Source: Octopus vulgaris
Taxonomy: Eukaryota
Direction of reading: 5' to 3'
DNA: 64,000 nt
NCBI GenBank assembly: GCA_951406725.2
Contig: OX597814.1
Coordinates: forward strand, 195,796,001 to 195,860,000
The translations under genes and the position numbers were made by a program. The first letter of the stretch is position 1. Every line of letters starts with the position of its first letter. The notes beneath the pieces were generated by a model. That model did no database searches. It was not told the DNA's origin and saw nothing but the letters and a program-made list of their open reading frames with translations. Shown here piece by piece: positions 25,410 through 41,039 of the stretch.

Positions 25410-25467
25410 TATCAATCCATCTATCTAACTATCTCTCTCTCTCCCTCTCTCTCTCTCTCTCTCCCTG

Positions 25468-25532
<65 letters not shown>

Positions 25533-25597
25533 GTCTGTGTCTCAATCTGTTTGTCTGTCTGCCTACCTATCTATGTATCTATCTATCTATCGTCTGC

Positions 25598-25682
<85 letters not shown>

Positions 25683-25696
25683 CATCCATCCATCCC

Positions 25697-25771
<75 letters not shown>

Positions 25772-25882
25772 GTCTGCCTGTCTATCTATCTATTTATCTA
25801 TCTATCTATATATCTGTCAATCTAACTATCTATCTATCGTCTGTCTATCTATCTATCCATCTATCGTCTGTCTATCTATCCA

Positions 25883-25925
<43 letters not shown>

Positions 25926-25928
25926 CTA

Positions 25929-26022
<94 letters not shown>
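25410..26022. repeat. (CTAT)n/(CT)n compound microsatellite
   Basis: Direct reading; source of the SIYL-repeat ORFs. Confidence 0.95.
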
Positions 26023-26023
<1 letters not shown>

Positions 26024-26309
26024 GAATGTGCGTATACCTTTTAAAACAACTATTAATTTTACTACTGTTAATAGTGTTTCTATTTTATATGGCAAAGCTG
26101 TCACGTTGTGATGACTTTTTTTTTTACGATTTAAATGCATCAGTAAAATTAATTGAACGTCCGTTTAGGAAGTCATGCGTTACTTCCCAATACTCAAACA
26201 TAGACGCATGCGCAGAACTCATATACACACACATATTATGAGCTACATTGAGCACACACTCCCTGAGAAATACACACATATGCATACACCCACCCACACA
26301 CACACGTAT

Positions 26310-26406
26310 ATATATGTGTGTGTGTGTGTGTATGTGTGTGTGTGTGTGTGTGTATGTGTGTGTGTATGTGTGTTTGTGTTTGTGTGTGTATGTGTGTGTG
26401 TGTGTA

Positions 26407-26439
<33 letters not shown>

Positions 26440-26481
26440 GTTGTGTGTGTGTGTGCGTGTATGTGTGTGTGTGTATGTGTG

Positions 26482-26538
<57 letters not shown>
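26310..26538. repeat. (GT)n microsatellite
   Basis: Direct reading. Confidence 0.95.
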
Positions 26539-26541
<3 letters not shown>

Positions 26542-27129
26542 AATTTTGATTGAACGTTTGCTTAATGTCTTTTTTGATTAAACGTTCAAGTAATGTTTCT
26601 TATATTAATGTTTTTACCTACTTTTTTAAAAAAACCTCCCCTCATCAATGGCTGACTAGACTATATACGGTGTATGCAATACGATGTATATGTACGTGTA
26701 CTGGCCATTCTGCAACGCCACGTATCGATTTTCTGACTTAAAAATCAGGTTAGTAATTCACAGAGGAAAACTAATGAGTTTTCTTTTTCCCCCAAGGGTT
26801 TCAAATATAACAATCGAGAATCGAAACAGATATGAAACACTACATCTGCCCTTGTAGTATGTTTTCCCATTTTGCGTCAGACGTGACTACGCTAACACAT
26901 GCTGGCTTCTATTATTGGCATAAGACCGTATATTTTCGGGGCAACCATAGGGACTCAACGTGGCCTTATGCTCGACTGGTACTTATTTTATCGAACCCAT
27001 GACGAATGAAAGGCGAAGTCAAGCTCGTCTATATTTGAATTCAGATTGAATTCAGAAATGGCTTAACACAGACAGGCGAATCACTTCTTTTCGAGATGAT
27101 CTAAGTAAATGGTATTGGTAAGCCACAAT

Positions 27130-27579
27130 GCGGCGAGCTAGCAGAATCGTTAGCACGTCGGGCGAAATGCCGTTACGTTGTGAGTTCAAATTCCGCCGAG
27201 GTCGACTTTGCCTTTCATCCTTTCGGGGTCGATAAATTAAGTACCAGTTAAGCACTGGGGTCGATATAATCGACTTAATACCTATGTCTGTCCATGTTTG
27301 TCCCCTCTATGTTTAGCCCCTTGTGGGTAATAAAGAAATAGGTATTGGTAAGCCACAAGGCGGCGAGCTGGCAGAAACGTTAGCGCGCCGGGCGAAATGC
27401 GTAGCCGTATTTCATCTGTCGTTACGTTCTGAGTTCAAATTCCGCCGAGGTCGACTTTGCCTTTCATCCTTTCGGGGTCGATTAAATAAGTACCAGTTAC
27501 GCACTGGAGTCGATATAATCGACTTAATCCGTTTGTCTGTCCCCTCTGTGTTTAGCCCCTTGTGGGTAGTAAAGAAATA
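27130..27579 (+). mobile_element. Two head-to-tail SINE A copies
   Basis: GGTATTGGTAAGCCACAA-like target sequence present three times (27111, 27341, 27580). Confidence 0.88.
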
Positions 27580-27934
27580 GGTATTGACTAAGCCACAATA
27601 AGGGAGAAATATCGGTATCTACCATTCTTGGTGGTTCTGAGGCGCATTGTCTCGCCTGGTATGTAACATTCAAGTGTTCTGTAATACTCAGCGGGTTGAG
27701 GGGAGTTTTAACAGGACGCTACCCACAGCAAATTTGGCATATAACAAAACACATGCTCTATGCATATGCGACCGATAATGCTTACATTAACAGTGCTGCT
27801 TTTAATTTGTAATTTAAATTTATCTCATATGTGCTACGCCGCAGCACATCAGCAAATAGACTTCCCTCTGTTTGCATATAAGACATAGACGAGTGATTCA
27901 CTTCGTTTGGAAATGATCCGAATACATGATCTTC

Positions 27935-28799
27935 TTTTCTACTCTAGGTACAAGGCCCGAAAGAATGTAAAGAAAGGCGAAATACCTATTTCTTTACTAC
28001 CCACAAGGATCTAAACATAGAGGGGACAAACAAGGAAAGACAAACGGATTAAGTTGACTACATCGACCCCAGTGCGTAACTGATACTTATTTAATCGACC
28101 CGGAAAGGATGAAAGGCAAAGTCGACCTCGGCGGAATTTGAACTCAGAACGTAGCGGCAGACGAAATACCAATTTATTTACTTCCTACAAGGGGTTAAAC
28201 ACAGAGGGGACAAACAAGGACAGACAAACGGATTAAGTCGATTATATCGACCCCAATAACTGGTACTTATTTAATCGACCCCGAAAGGATAAAAAGCAAA
28301 GTCGACCTCGGCGGAATTTGAACTCAGCTCGTAGTTGCAGACGAAATACCTCGAAGCATTTCGCCCGGCATGCTAACGTTTCTTATTTCTTTATTGCCCA
28401 CAAGGGACTAAACATAGAGGGAACAAACAAGGACAGACATAGATATTAAGTCGATTACATCGACCGCAGTTCATAACTGGTACTTAATTTATCAACCCCG
28501 AAAGGATGAAAGGCAAAGTCGACCTCGGCGAAATTTGAACTCAGAACGTAGCGGCAGACGAGATACCTATTTCTTTATTACCCACAAGGGGCTAAACATA
28601 GAGGGGACAAACAAGGACAGACATAGGTATTAAGTCGATTACATCGACCCCAGTGCGTAACTGGTGCTTAATTTATCGACCCCGAAATGATGAAAGGCAA
28701 AGTCGACCTCGGCGAAATTTGAACTCAGAACGTTGCGGCAGACGAAATACCGCTAAGCATTTCGCCCGGCGTGCTAACGTTTCTGTCAGCTCGCCGCCT
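27935..28799 (-). mobile_element. Array of four long-tail SINE A units plus a short-tail remnant
   Basis: Repeating ~165-220-bp units with GACGAAATACC(T/A)ATTT junctions. Confidence 0.88.
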
Positions 28800-29604
28800 T
28801 TCCAAATGCCTGATACTGGCAAGTCACAGTATAGACAAAATATCGGTATCTCCCATTCTTGGTGATTCTGAGAAGAGTTGACTCGCCTGGTCTTTGACTT
28901 GCAGCTGTTCTTTAACACTCGGCGTCGTGTAGGGAGCTTTCCCCGTACGGGGAAATTCGGAGAACTGCAGCAAATTCGGAGAACAATCAAAACGCCTACA
29001 CTATTTTATGCGCCACTTATAATGCCTGCATTAGTAGAACTGCTTTTAATTCGTAATTTAATATTTAAAAAAATATATTTGAAATATGTTAGAAATTAGG
29101 ATGTAACGAACCTTTTAGATGCACAGGAATAAAATGACTGTTCTAAGAACATTAATGGTGCTAATGAAGTAAGATGGAAAAAAAAACTGTTAATTAGATC
29201 TATGATGCATAATTAGCATTCTTAGAAATTAACTAATTCCATGATATTTATATCACAGATTCCAAATCTGTCAAATATTGTTTATATTTAAGAAACTGCA
29301 TTTGTCATAAATTTTTTCTTACAAATGCGATATCCTAAAATGTTTCATATTTAATATAGTTAAAAAATTAAGCTAATTTTTTTATAATTGTTTCAGGCAT
29401 TAGACTGCGGCCACGCTGGAGCACTACCTTGAAGAATTTTTAGTTGAATGTATCGATCCCAGTACTTATTTTATTTTAAAATCTGGTACTTATTCTATCG
29501 GCGTCTATTGCTGGACCGCTAATGTAACGGGTACGTAAACCCACCAGATCCTGTTCTCAAATTGAGGATGGGGACAAAAACATAGACACAATGACATATA
29601 TATG

Positions 29605-29675
<71 letters not shown>

Positions 29676-29746
29676 GTCTGTCTATCTTTTTATCTATACA
29701 TATATACATAATTTTCCTTTTTTGGTAAAACGTAAAAGGCTGTCCG

Positions 29747-29801
<55 letters not shown>

Positions 29802-30324
29802 AGTATTTGGGTTTTTCTGGGAGTCTCTTTTTAAAGTAGAAGAAATAGCTAACATTTTTTGGCTGCTATTTCTAAACTTCGGTATGTGGTAAAGCAAATC
29901 CTTGCTGAACCCTAATTATTTAGTATTACTTAAGTTTACCATGAATTGGTCCTTTTTTCATGCCGAATTCTACTTGGTGAAATTACTGATTACTTCTTAA
30001 TTAATTAATTTTACCCTTTGTTATTATATATATATATATATATATATATACTGGCATTCTTTCAGTTTCTGTTTGCCACATGAATTCAAAAGGATTTAGT
30101 CGACCCGAAGCTACAGTTGAATGCACTTACCCAAGGTGCCACGCAGGAGGGATAGAACCCTGGACCAAGTGGCTGGGGAGCAAGCTTCTTACCACACAGT
30201 CAAGCTTACGTTTCATTTGATATTCTCTCCAAATGCACTTGTGATATAGTCAGGCCAAACTTTTCCATTTAGCATTTGCCTTTTTCGATCTATAACACAT
30301 TCAGTGATTTCCTCATTCTTTTTT

Positions 30325-30540
30325 TCTCTTATTTGTTTTAGTCAATTGACTGCGGCCATGCTGGAGCACTACCTTTAGTCGAGCAAATCGACCCCAGGAC
30401 TTATTCTTTGTAAGCTTAGTACTTGTTCTATCGGTCTCTTTTACCGAACCGCTGGGTTACAGGGGCGTAAACACACCAGCATCGGTTGTCAAGCGATGTT
30501 GGTGGGACAAACACAGACACAAAAACACATCTATCCATCC

Positions 30541-30581
<41 letters not shown>

Positions 30582-30954
30582 TAAATAAAATAAAACATAT
30601 GCATATATATAAACATATATGTACTACCTACCTCTACATGTACATATACACGCATATATGAGTACAGGACACCAAAAGGACGTCGAACACAATGAGAAAC
30701 GAAAACATAGACACAAACCAAAGGAACTGGACATATTTTTAAACAACAAAAATATAGAGTACAGGACAATTAACACAAAGAAAAAACCCCTTCTTCAGTC
30801 GCTATGGTTTCATCTACTCTACGTTTCGAAGGATAAAAGCGAGACGTATCTTCGACAAGAAACTTTCCTTCCTGCGAAAAGCAAATCAATTAAAATTCTG
30901 AGATATTTTCGCAGAGGGGTAAAAAATGGTAACAAAAACAGGACAGTAACGACA

Positions 30955-30994
<40 letters not shown>

Positions 30995-31162
30995 TTACGA
31001 CGAGCTTCTTTCAGTTTCCGTCTACCAAATCCACTCACAAGGCTTTGGTCGACCCGAGGCTACAGTATAAGACACATGCCCAAGGTGCCACGCTGTGGGA
31101 ATGAACCCGGAACCATGTGGTTGGTAAGCAAGATATTTACCACACAGTCACTCCTGCGCCTA
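30325..31162 (-). mobile_element. SINE B with a ~340-bp insert in its internal TA tract
   Basis: 3' half at 30325-30530 and 5' half at 30995-31162; the insert at 30620-30955 resembles the 12625/14230 cassettes. Confidence 0.8.
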
Positions 31163-31814
31163 TGGTACTTTTCGCTCTGCACCACTTACGGTACAAATTC
31201 TTAGGAAATGAATAAAGCTGACTCTACGGACTGCGGACATTGACTTGAGCCTGAGAAGTTTTTCTGTGGGTTTCTATTTTATTACTGGATTTAATAGAGT
31301 TATTGGCTTAATCTCGCTGAAGTGTTTATGAAAAGGTTATAAAGGAAAATGTAGTTATGAGACGAACTACAACCGAAATGACTGGATTCTCACGGCTAGA
31401 TTTTCTCTGTTCAACCAGAGTTTATATGGGTCAAAATATAAAACAGAAGCCATTTGCGAACTTTTTTATGAACTGAAGGTGAATGACAGAAAATGCTATC
31501 TCGAGCAGGATTTGACATTTGCTAAGGCAGTCAGTCATCTCTGCAGTATTTGCACTTCCATATCCTTATACCCTTGGCCTCTCTCTATCTTCCTCGAACC
31601 AGTTAGCCCTAGATAGATGAAGCTGAAGTGAACAGTGATAAGATATGAACTGCAAGTGTAAAGGGGCATAATATACATCGTTACATTTCTCCCACATATT
31701 ACCATTTCGCAACTGAAGCACCTAATTCATATTAAGTTACAATCAGATATGTTAATATTTTTAAAGGGCCCGGCTAGTTTTATAAGTCCTAAATTTTACT
31801 ACTTTTCTTATTTC

Positions 31815-32225
31815 TATTTCTTTACTACCCACAAGGGCCTAAACACAATGGGGGACACACACGGACAGTCAAACGGATTAAGTCGATTACATCGACCCCA
31901 GTGCGTAACTGGTACTTAATTTATCGACCCCGAAAGGATGAAAGGCAAAGTCGACCTCGGAAGAATTTGAACTCAGAACGTAGCAGCAGACAAAATACCT
32001 ATTTCTTTTTTACCCACAAGGGGCTAAACACAGAGGGGACAAGCAACCACAGACACACGTATTAAGTCGATTACATCGACCCCAGTGCGTAACTTGTACT
32101 TAATTTATCGACTCCGAAAGGATAAAAGGCAAAGTCGACCTCGGAAGAATTTGAACTCAAATTTGAACGAAATATCGCTAAGCATTATCGCCCAGCGTGC
32201 GAACGTTTCTGCCAGCTCGTTGCCT
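31815..32225 (-). mobile_element. SINE A dimer
   Basis: Two units joined at GACAAAATACCTATTTC; both share the CGGAAGAATTTG variant. Confidence 0.88.
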
Positions 32226-32767
32226 TTACTTATTTCATAGTCAACTGGTATTTTATGATGTCTTTCTTGTGTATACTGTACGAGAGAATTAATCATGTTT
32301 TGTAATGAGTTCTATCATGAAATCTAAATAGCTGCTCTCCAAAGGCTTACAAAACAACTAACAAACGATTGTCATTGATTGATTAATAGAGAAATTACCA
32401 TCACAATCGATGGAGAACGGCGATGATGACAATGCCACCAGTGCGCTTTATTTTGTTTAATTTATAAATAAAAAGCAAAAACTGCCTATAAACTGCCTTA
32501 TCGATTTTCTGTTCAACAAGGCCAAAATCAATGACGATAGAGGGTTTTTTTCTTTTAGCTAAGATCGAATTTTTACTGAGCTGCTGTAACTATATTTCAC
32601 ATTAAGTCATTCAAACTTATTAAATTCGTAAATAGCTATAATCTTTTAACTGTCTTATCATTTAGCGAACATTGAAAAGTAAAAAAATGCCGTTTTCCCC
32701 TTTCGATATAACGAATAACATATAATCAAAAATATGTAACTTTTTTTTTTCCCATCGCCTGCTCAGA

Positions 32768-32808
<41 letters not shown>

Positions 32809-32837
32809 TAATAATAATAATAATAAAAATGATAATG

Positions 32838-32900
<63 letters not shown>

Positions 32901-32987
32901 GTAATGGTAATAATAATAATGATAATAATAATGATAATAATAATGATAATAACAATGATGATAATAATAATAATAATGATAATAATG

Positions 32988-33054
<67 letters not shown>

Positions 33055-33107
33055 TAATAATAATGATAATAATAATGACAATAATAATAATGATAATAAT
33101 AATGATG

Positions 33108-33167
<60 letters not shown>

Positions 33168-33176
33168 TTAATAATA
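32768..33176. repeat. (AAT/GAT)n microsatellite
   Basis: Direct reading; source of the poly-I and poly-L ORFs. Confidence 0.95.
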
Positions 33177-33705
33177 GAAACCAGATAAAATAAACAAGTG
33201 TTGCAGCCATAGAATTATATTGTCACTGAAATTATTGAAAAAGAATATTTGTTTGAGGTGAGCGAAAAAAGTGTTGACAAAACCATTAAATGGTGTTATA
33301 ATGTCTGAAATATTTCGTCGGTGAATTTAGTGCAGGTTTATATGAATGGCGCACAACGACTTTGCCCGATGTGCCAGAAACCATGTCTCTCTCTGTGGCA
33401 CATGAAGCTATCGTATTTTATATATCTCATTCAGTGAATAGATTTAGTTTTAATGGAGAAAAAGTGTTTGAAAGGAGTAAAATCGTGCTGAATACGCAAC
33501 TCGGATGTTCAAATAATTTTGTACTGTGGATGTAAGACGTGATATTCGTGTGTTTAATCAATACGTATAGGCATTATATATATATATATATGTGTGTATG
33601 AATATGTGTGTATGTGTGTGTGCGCCTGTGTGTTTCTGTGATTCTGTGTGCGCGAGCGTGCGTGTACATTTCTGCGTGTATATATATATATGTGTGTGTG
33701 TATAC

Positions 33706-33808
<103 letters not shown>

Positions 33809-33848
33809 CACACATATGTGTATATAGATACACACACATATATATATG

Positions 33849-33888
<40 letters not shown>

Positions 33889-33891
33889 CAC

Positions 33892-33926
<35 letters not shown>

Positions 33927-34831
33927 CATACACACATGTGTATATATATATATACACACACACACATATGTATATATATATATGTATATATATTTATATA
34001 TATATATACATACATACACACACATATGTAATATACAGGATGTGTATGTATGTATGTATGGATGGATGAATGGATGTATGCAGGTATGCTTCGATACCAT
34101 CAATGCTTGTAGTGTTTCGCTTTGATGTATTTTCCATTGAAATATGACAATTAGTTCCATGTCATTAAAATGTTTGTTTGGTCTTTTTTTTAGTTTTTTT
34201 TTTAGTTTTTTTTCTTTCTCTTCTCGTTTCTGTTTTAATTTGTTCTGCGTGTTTTATTTTATTCAATTAAACAGAACTACTGTATCCTCCCTTACACCAC
34301 CACCACCACCACCACCACCACCACCACCACCACCATGGCCGCTGCCGCCACCACGTCCGCCGCCGCCACTACCACACTTTAATTTTGGTGATTACTAATT
34401 AACAAATATCACAATGAATTCGTTTCACTTCCATATGGAATGATTATGAAGGAAAACCTAATTAGACAGAAAGTCATATTAAAGAAATAAACAAAGCAGA
34501 ACAAAAAGAAATTATATTCTTATTATCAAAACTATATTTTTTATTTATTGTAGAAGAAATAAAATATTAAAGCAACATTGTGTTATGTATTTTTGCAAAA
34601 AAAAAAGTTTCATTATGTTTGCTGTGGAAAAAGGTATTTTAGAAACTATAGCTTCAACCTTGTGTACTCAGAAATTACCTTGACCCCCTTCTTCTACGCT
34701 TGTGGTGTATTATATTATGAACAATGAATAACATAGCTAAGAGGGTTGTCGAAATATATGGCTTTGTTTTGGTACTAGCTGTATTTGTCATAAAGATAGT
34801 TAATGCTGCTTAGCCAACGTGAGCAATGGTT

Positions 34832-35245
34832 GGATCTTTTCGGTTTGAACGGCAGTTTTTTCTAGTGGTGTCAAAAGAAATTGTCGCCCATAATTATGAC
34901 CCTAGAATCGATCCCTTGCATTTCAATCTCTTTTAGAGGTTAGGGTTAGGGGTGGGGGAAGGGTATATTTTTTCTTCACAAATGTAAATAAACCCAGTCT
35001 GTTTCTTAAACGAGGGACATATTCATACGGCACAGAATGCTTTTTAACTCAATAGACGTCACTGATTGGTTGAAGTTGCAGAAATTGAAGAAAAAACAAC
35101 AAATATCTTACAAACTATAGAATTTTCTCAATAAAGCCAAGAGAAAAAGATGTTTTATAAACACGTTCTAACAGTATACAAAGTTAAAAATTTTTTAGTT
35201 ACCTAGAAATTATGTTAAAAACTGCCGTTCAAACCGAAAAGATCT
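34832..35245. mobile_element. MITE, ~29-bp TIRs, 8-bp TSD (Merlin-like termini)
   Basis: GGATCTTTTCGGTTTGAACGGCAGTTTTT and AAAAACTGCCGTTCAAACCGAAAAGATCT; TSD CAATGGTT at 34824-34831 and 35246-35253. The superfamily assignment is inferred. Confidence 0.9.
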
Positions 35246-35306
35246 CAATGGTTTTGTTATACGGTGCCGTATTTTACAATCCTGTAAATAATAATAATGG
35301 TATTTT

Positions 35307-35522
35307 TATATAAGCTTAAATCTTATGGCGACCACCGTGCAAATGACTAAGGAAAATAGTCTAATAACGGGGCATGTAAGCCGTCGACAGAAAAAAGAAG
35401 GACTCCCTTTCCGCGTGGGATGGGAAAGCCTTCTTTTTTCTGTCGACGGCTTACATGCCCCGTTATTAGACTATTTTCCTTAGTAATTGCACGGTGATCG
35501 CCATAAGATTTAAGCTTATATA
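35307..35522. repeat. Near-perfect foldback, ~95-bp arms
   Basis: TATATAAGCTTAAATCTTATGGCG...GACAGAAAAAAGAAGG versus CCTTCTTTTTTCTGTC...CGCCATAAGATTTAAGCTTATATA. Confidence 0.92.
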
Positions 35523-35525
35523 ATA

Positions 35526-35578
<53 letters not shown>

Positions 35579-36162
35579 TTTTTTTTTTTTTTACTCGTTT
35601 CAATCATTTGACTTGTGGCCATGCTGGAGCAACGCTTTTAGTCGAGGAAATCGACCCCAGGACTTATTCTTTGTAAGCCTACTGCTTTTTTCATCGGTCA
35701 CTTTTGCCGAACCGCTATATACAAAATAGTGTTGGCGTTGTAAGAATTCAAAGACTCTCTCTACATCGTGATCCACTATTCCCAGAATGAATGGTCAAGT
35801 AGGCAATTTAAAAAAAAAAAAACGGCGTGTTGGAGGATCTCAACTGAGAAAAGATTCATCTGCTGTCTCTGCCATGTCGAATGATCACGTGGTTTTCCAA
35901 GTATTAGTAGGAGGTTGAAATATTAAGGGCTCAAATACATGCATTTTACCATATTTATATCAATAGGGTGTGTTTCGAACTATGTACCTTTGTTTATATA
36001 CTTTGATCTCTCTACGTTCGGAGAATAAGTTTCCTCTACAATCAGATCCGCATTTTTCTGCTTTTTCAATCATAAAGATAGAAAAGGCAATTATTAATTG
36101 AATTGATTTAATCGATCAAATGTTCTTCGTCTACAAATAAGTTATCGATTCTTATTTCAATA

Positions 36163-38198
<2,036 letters not shown>

Positions 38199-38220
38199 AT
38201 TTATATATTAATACCAATTT

Positions 38221-38500
38221 GTGAAGGCTCATGGCTCAGTGATAAGAGCGTCGAATGTAAGATCGTGACGTTGTGAGTTCGATTCCCGGACCGAGCTGCG
38301 TGTTGTGTTCTTTGACGTTGCTCCAGTTCGCTCAGCTGTTGAAATGGGCTGCGACGTCACAGGTGCCAAGCTGTATCGGCCTTTGCCTTTCCCTTGGATA
38401 ACATCGGTGGCGTGCAGAGGGGAAACTGGTATGCACGGGCGACTGCTGGTCTTCCATAAACAACCTTGCCCAGACACGTGCCTCGGAGGGTAATTTTCTG
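38221..38500 (+). mobile_element. SINE with D-type head and a third tail type
   Basis: GTGAAGGCTCATGGCTCAGTGATAAGAG...GAGTTCGATTCCC...CCAGTTCGCTCAGCTGTTGAAATGGG. Confidence 0.75.
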
Positions 38501-38529
38501 TAAACAGCGGAAGTGATCTGGAACGTCAA

Positions 38530-38646
38530 AACTTAGTGCGCATGCACAGAAGAGTTCATGGTCATTCTCAGCTGAGCGCCTCTGCTCTGTGTGCTTTAGC
38601 TTCGTTACTATAGCAGCAGTCCCGATACTTATTGATCAGACTAGTA
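38530..38646 (-). mobile_element. Mariner terminal fragment
   Basis: Revcomp TACTAGTCTGATCAATAAGTATCGGGACTGCTGCTATAGTAACGAAGC matches 51614 onward. Confidence 0.7.
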
Positions 38647-38666
38647 TCTATATATATTTACATAAA

Positions 38667-38897
38667 GGCGGCGAGCTGGTAGAAACGTTAGCACGCCGGG
38701 CGAAATTCGTAACCGTATTTCGTCTGCTGTTACGTTCCGAGTTCAAATTCCGCCGAGGTCGACTTTGCCTTTCATCCTTTCGGGGTCGATAAATTAAGTA
38801 CCAGTTACGCACTGGGGTCGATGTAATCGACTTAATCTCTTTGTCTGTCCTTGTTTGTCCCCTCTGTGTTTAGCTCCTTGTGGGTAGTAAAGAAATA
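38667..38897 (+). mobile_element. Full-length SINE A
   Basis: TSD TATATATATTTACATAA on both sides. Confidence 0.92.
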
Positions 38898-38937
38898 TAT
38901 ATATTTACATAATCACATGCAAATCTATATCTGTCTG

Positions 38938-38999
<62 letters not shown>

Positions 39000-39684
39000 C
39001 AAATATCTATATACATTCACACATGTATATGCATTTAAAATATATATATGTTCATATATACATATATACATGTGCTAGTGCGTGTGTTGGTGTGTAAATA
39101 TATCCTTTGGAACTTGCCATTATCATAACATCTGACAAAAATACTTCCATTAATAATTCGCAGACATTTGAAGAAAATAATGCTGATTAACATACGCAGA
39201 GAAGGCCATAATCCCCGATAATCCTATACTTTTAAAATATTTATCTTCTTGCTCCGTATTAATGGGTCGAGTGTTTTTATTCTATTATATATTCATATGA
39301 TTTATATGTACTTCATCTTGTTTGCTTTGAACAGATAACAGTCAAAGGTTTGTAACTCCAGATACGTAAGAGTTTACTCAAATGATTCTTCCCAAGTAGA
39401 AGGATATCAGAACTTACAATTTCCATTGATCTTATTCCAATGGAAATCATCCTTGCTTTTTACAATGTTTACTTGAGAGAAAGCTTCCAGAGTTTGGTTT
39501 TCAGAAAGCGTTTTTCGATTTTCTTGTCAGTTATCAATGAAGCACGATTGCCTGGTGAAGGAATGTCTTTTAGGATGATGATGACATCTTAAGTGTCATT
39601 AAAATAAGTCGAAGAAATTCTTCTTCGAAAGTTGAGTTGAATGTAAATCAGCAAATACCTCTGAAATAAATCTTAACGCAAATA

Positions 39685-39822
39685 CAGTAATCCCTCGAAT
39701 ATCGCGGGTGTTACGTTCCAAAACCCGCCCGCAATACGTGAAAATCTGCAAAGTAGAAACAGTACTTTTATAATCTATATCTATAAAGCTGAAGTTTTGT
39801 GTGTGCGTGTGTGTGTGTGTGT

Positions 39823-39871
<49 letters not shown>

Positions 39872-40525
39872 AGGTTTGGTAGCCTTCAACTAACACTATC
39901 TCCTCGGAGACCCTGCGGCGTAAGTTGACCAAAATTCGGTGTATGATAGAAGGCTTGCTCTTCATTCCGTAGAAGAAAAAAAAATCAAATCGGACCATGT
40001 TAAGATCAAAAATTATTTACATCCAAAAGGTGCTTTTTTTCTATGAAAATCCCTATATTTTACGATTTTTTGACTGCAGCGTCGCCATTTTTCGGTGTAT
40101 TTCAACCAGAAATGGCCATGTTAACTTCTTAATAGATTTTCAGTGCAGTTCGAAACTTGAGCTTCATTTTGCTTTAAATCTACGGGTAATTTTTTTCTCC
40201 ATAATTTTAATAGAAGGAATATTAACCAACAATAGTAATAATTGAAGTCGGCATTGCACATTTGCAGCACATTCAGAGCAAACTCGAGCATCACCACACA
40301 ATACTTTTATTCATAGATTGAAACTATGTGAAAACTTTTTTAACGCGACATCAAAGTCTGCCGTTTTAAGCGCAACTAAAAAACAAACCCGAGCAACGCC
40401 GGGCTATACTACTAGTTTGTATATATTTATTTTATTATATATGCAAAACACCACTACGGAGAAACCGATGTAAACCGAAATAATATACCGCGATAGTTGA
40501 ACCGCGATATGGCGAGGGATTACTG
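39685..40525. mobile_element. pogo/Tigger-like MITE interrupted by a Helitron
   Basis: TIRs CAGTAATCCCTCG and CGAGGGATTACTG; TA on the left flank, CA on the right. Confidence 0.8.
39774..40415 (+). mobile_element. Non-autonomous Helitron
   Basis: A|TCTATATCTATAAAG...(GT)n...CCCGAGCAACGCCGGG-CTATACTA-CTAG|T. Confidence 0.85.
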
Positions 40526-41039
40526 CATGCACTTTCTTGTTTCTTAAGTATTTTCATAAATAATATTTTAAATGATTTTCTGAAACTCAAGTTGATGTCA
40601 CTTACAAAAAGATTTATATACACCGGATGTTCAAAATTGAATTGAAAACTTGACAGTTTTTATCTTTTACTTGTTTCAATCATTAGTCTGCGGCCCTGCT
40701 GGGGCACTGCGTTGAGGAATTTTTAGTCAAACGAAGCGACTCCAGCTCATATTTTCTTTCTCTTTAAGCCCCTTTAATATATTCTAATAGTCTCTTTTGC
40801 CGAACCGCTACACTAAGATGCTATTCCAGGCCGACTAAATCAACTAAATCTATATTATAACCACCCTGGATTATATTATGGACAATGCTCTAAAATTTGC
40901 GGAGCAAACCATTCATTTATGCCCATTACACTTGAAATTGTAAATATAAATACTTTTACTAACTGACTATTAAATATAAGTGGCAAGGCAACAGGCAGTG
41001 ACTACGGCGAGAACAGATAAAGTAGTCCTTCTACCCACT

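Noticed and set aside
27935-28799. Regularly spaced repeats superficially like a CRISPR array
   Set aside because: The units are whole SINE bodies with no unique spacers, the context is eukaryotic, and there are no cas genes.
34144-34398. Proline-rich ORF
   Set aside because: It is a (CCA/CCG)n microsatellite preceded by T-rich low-complexity sequence.
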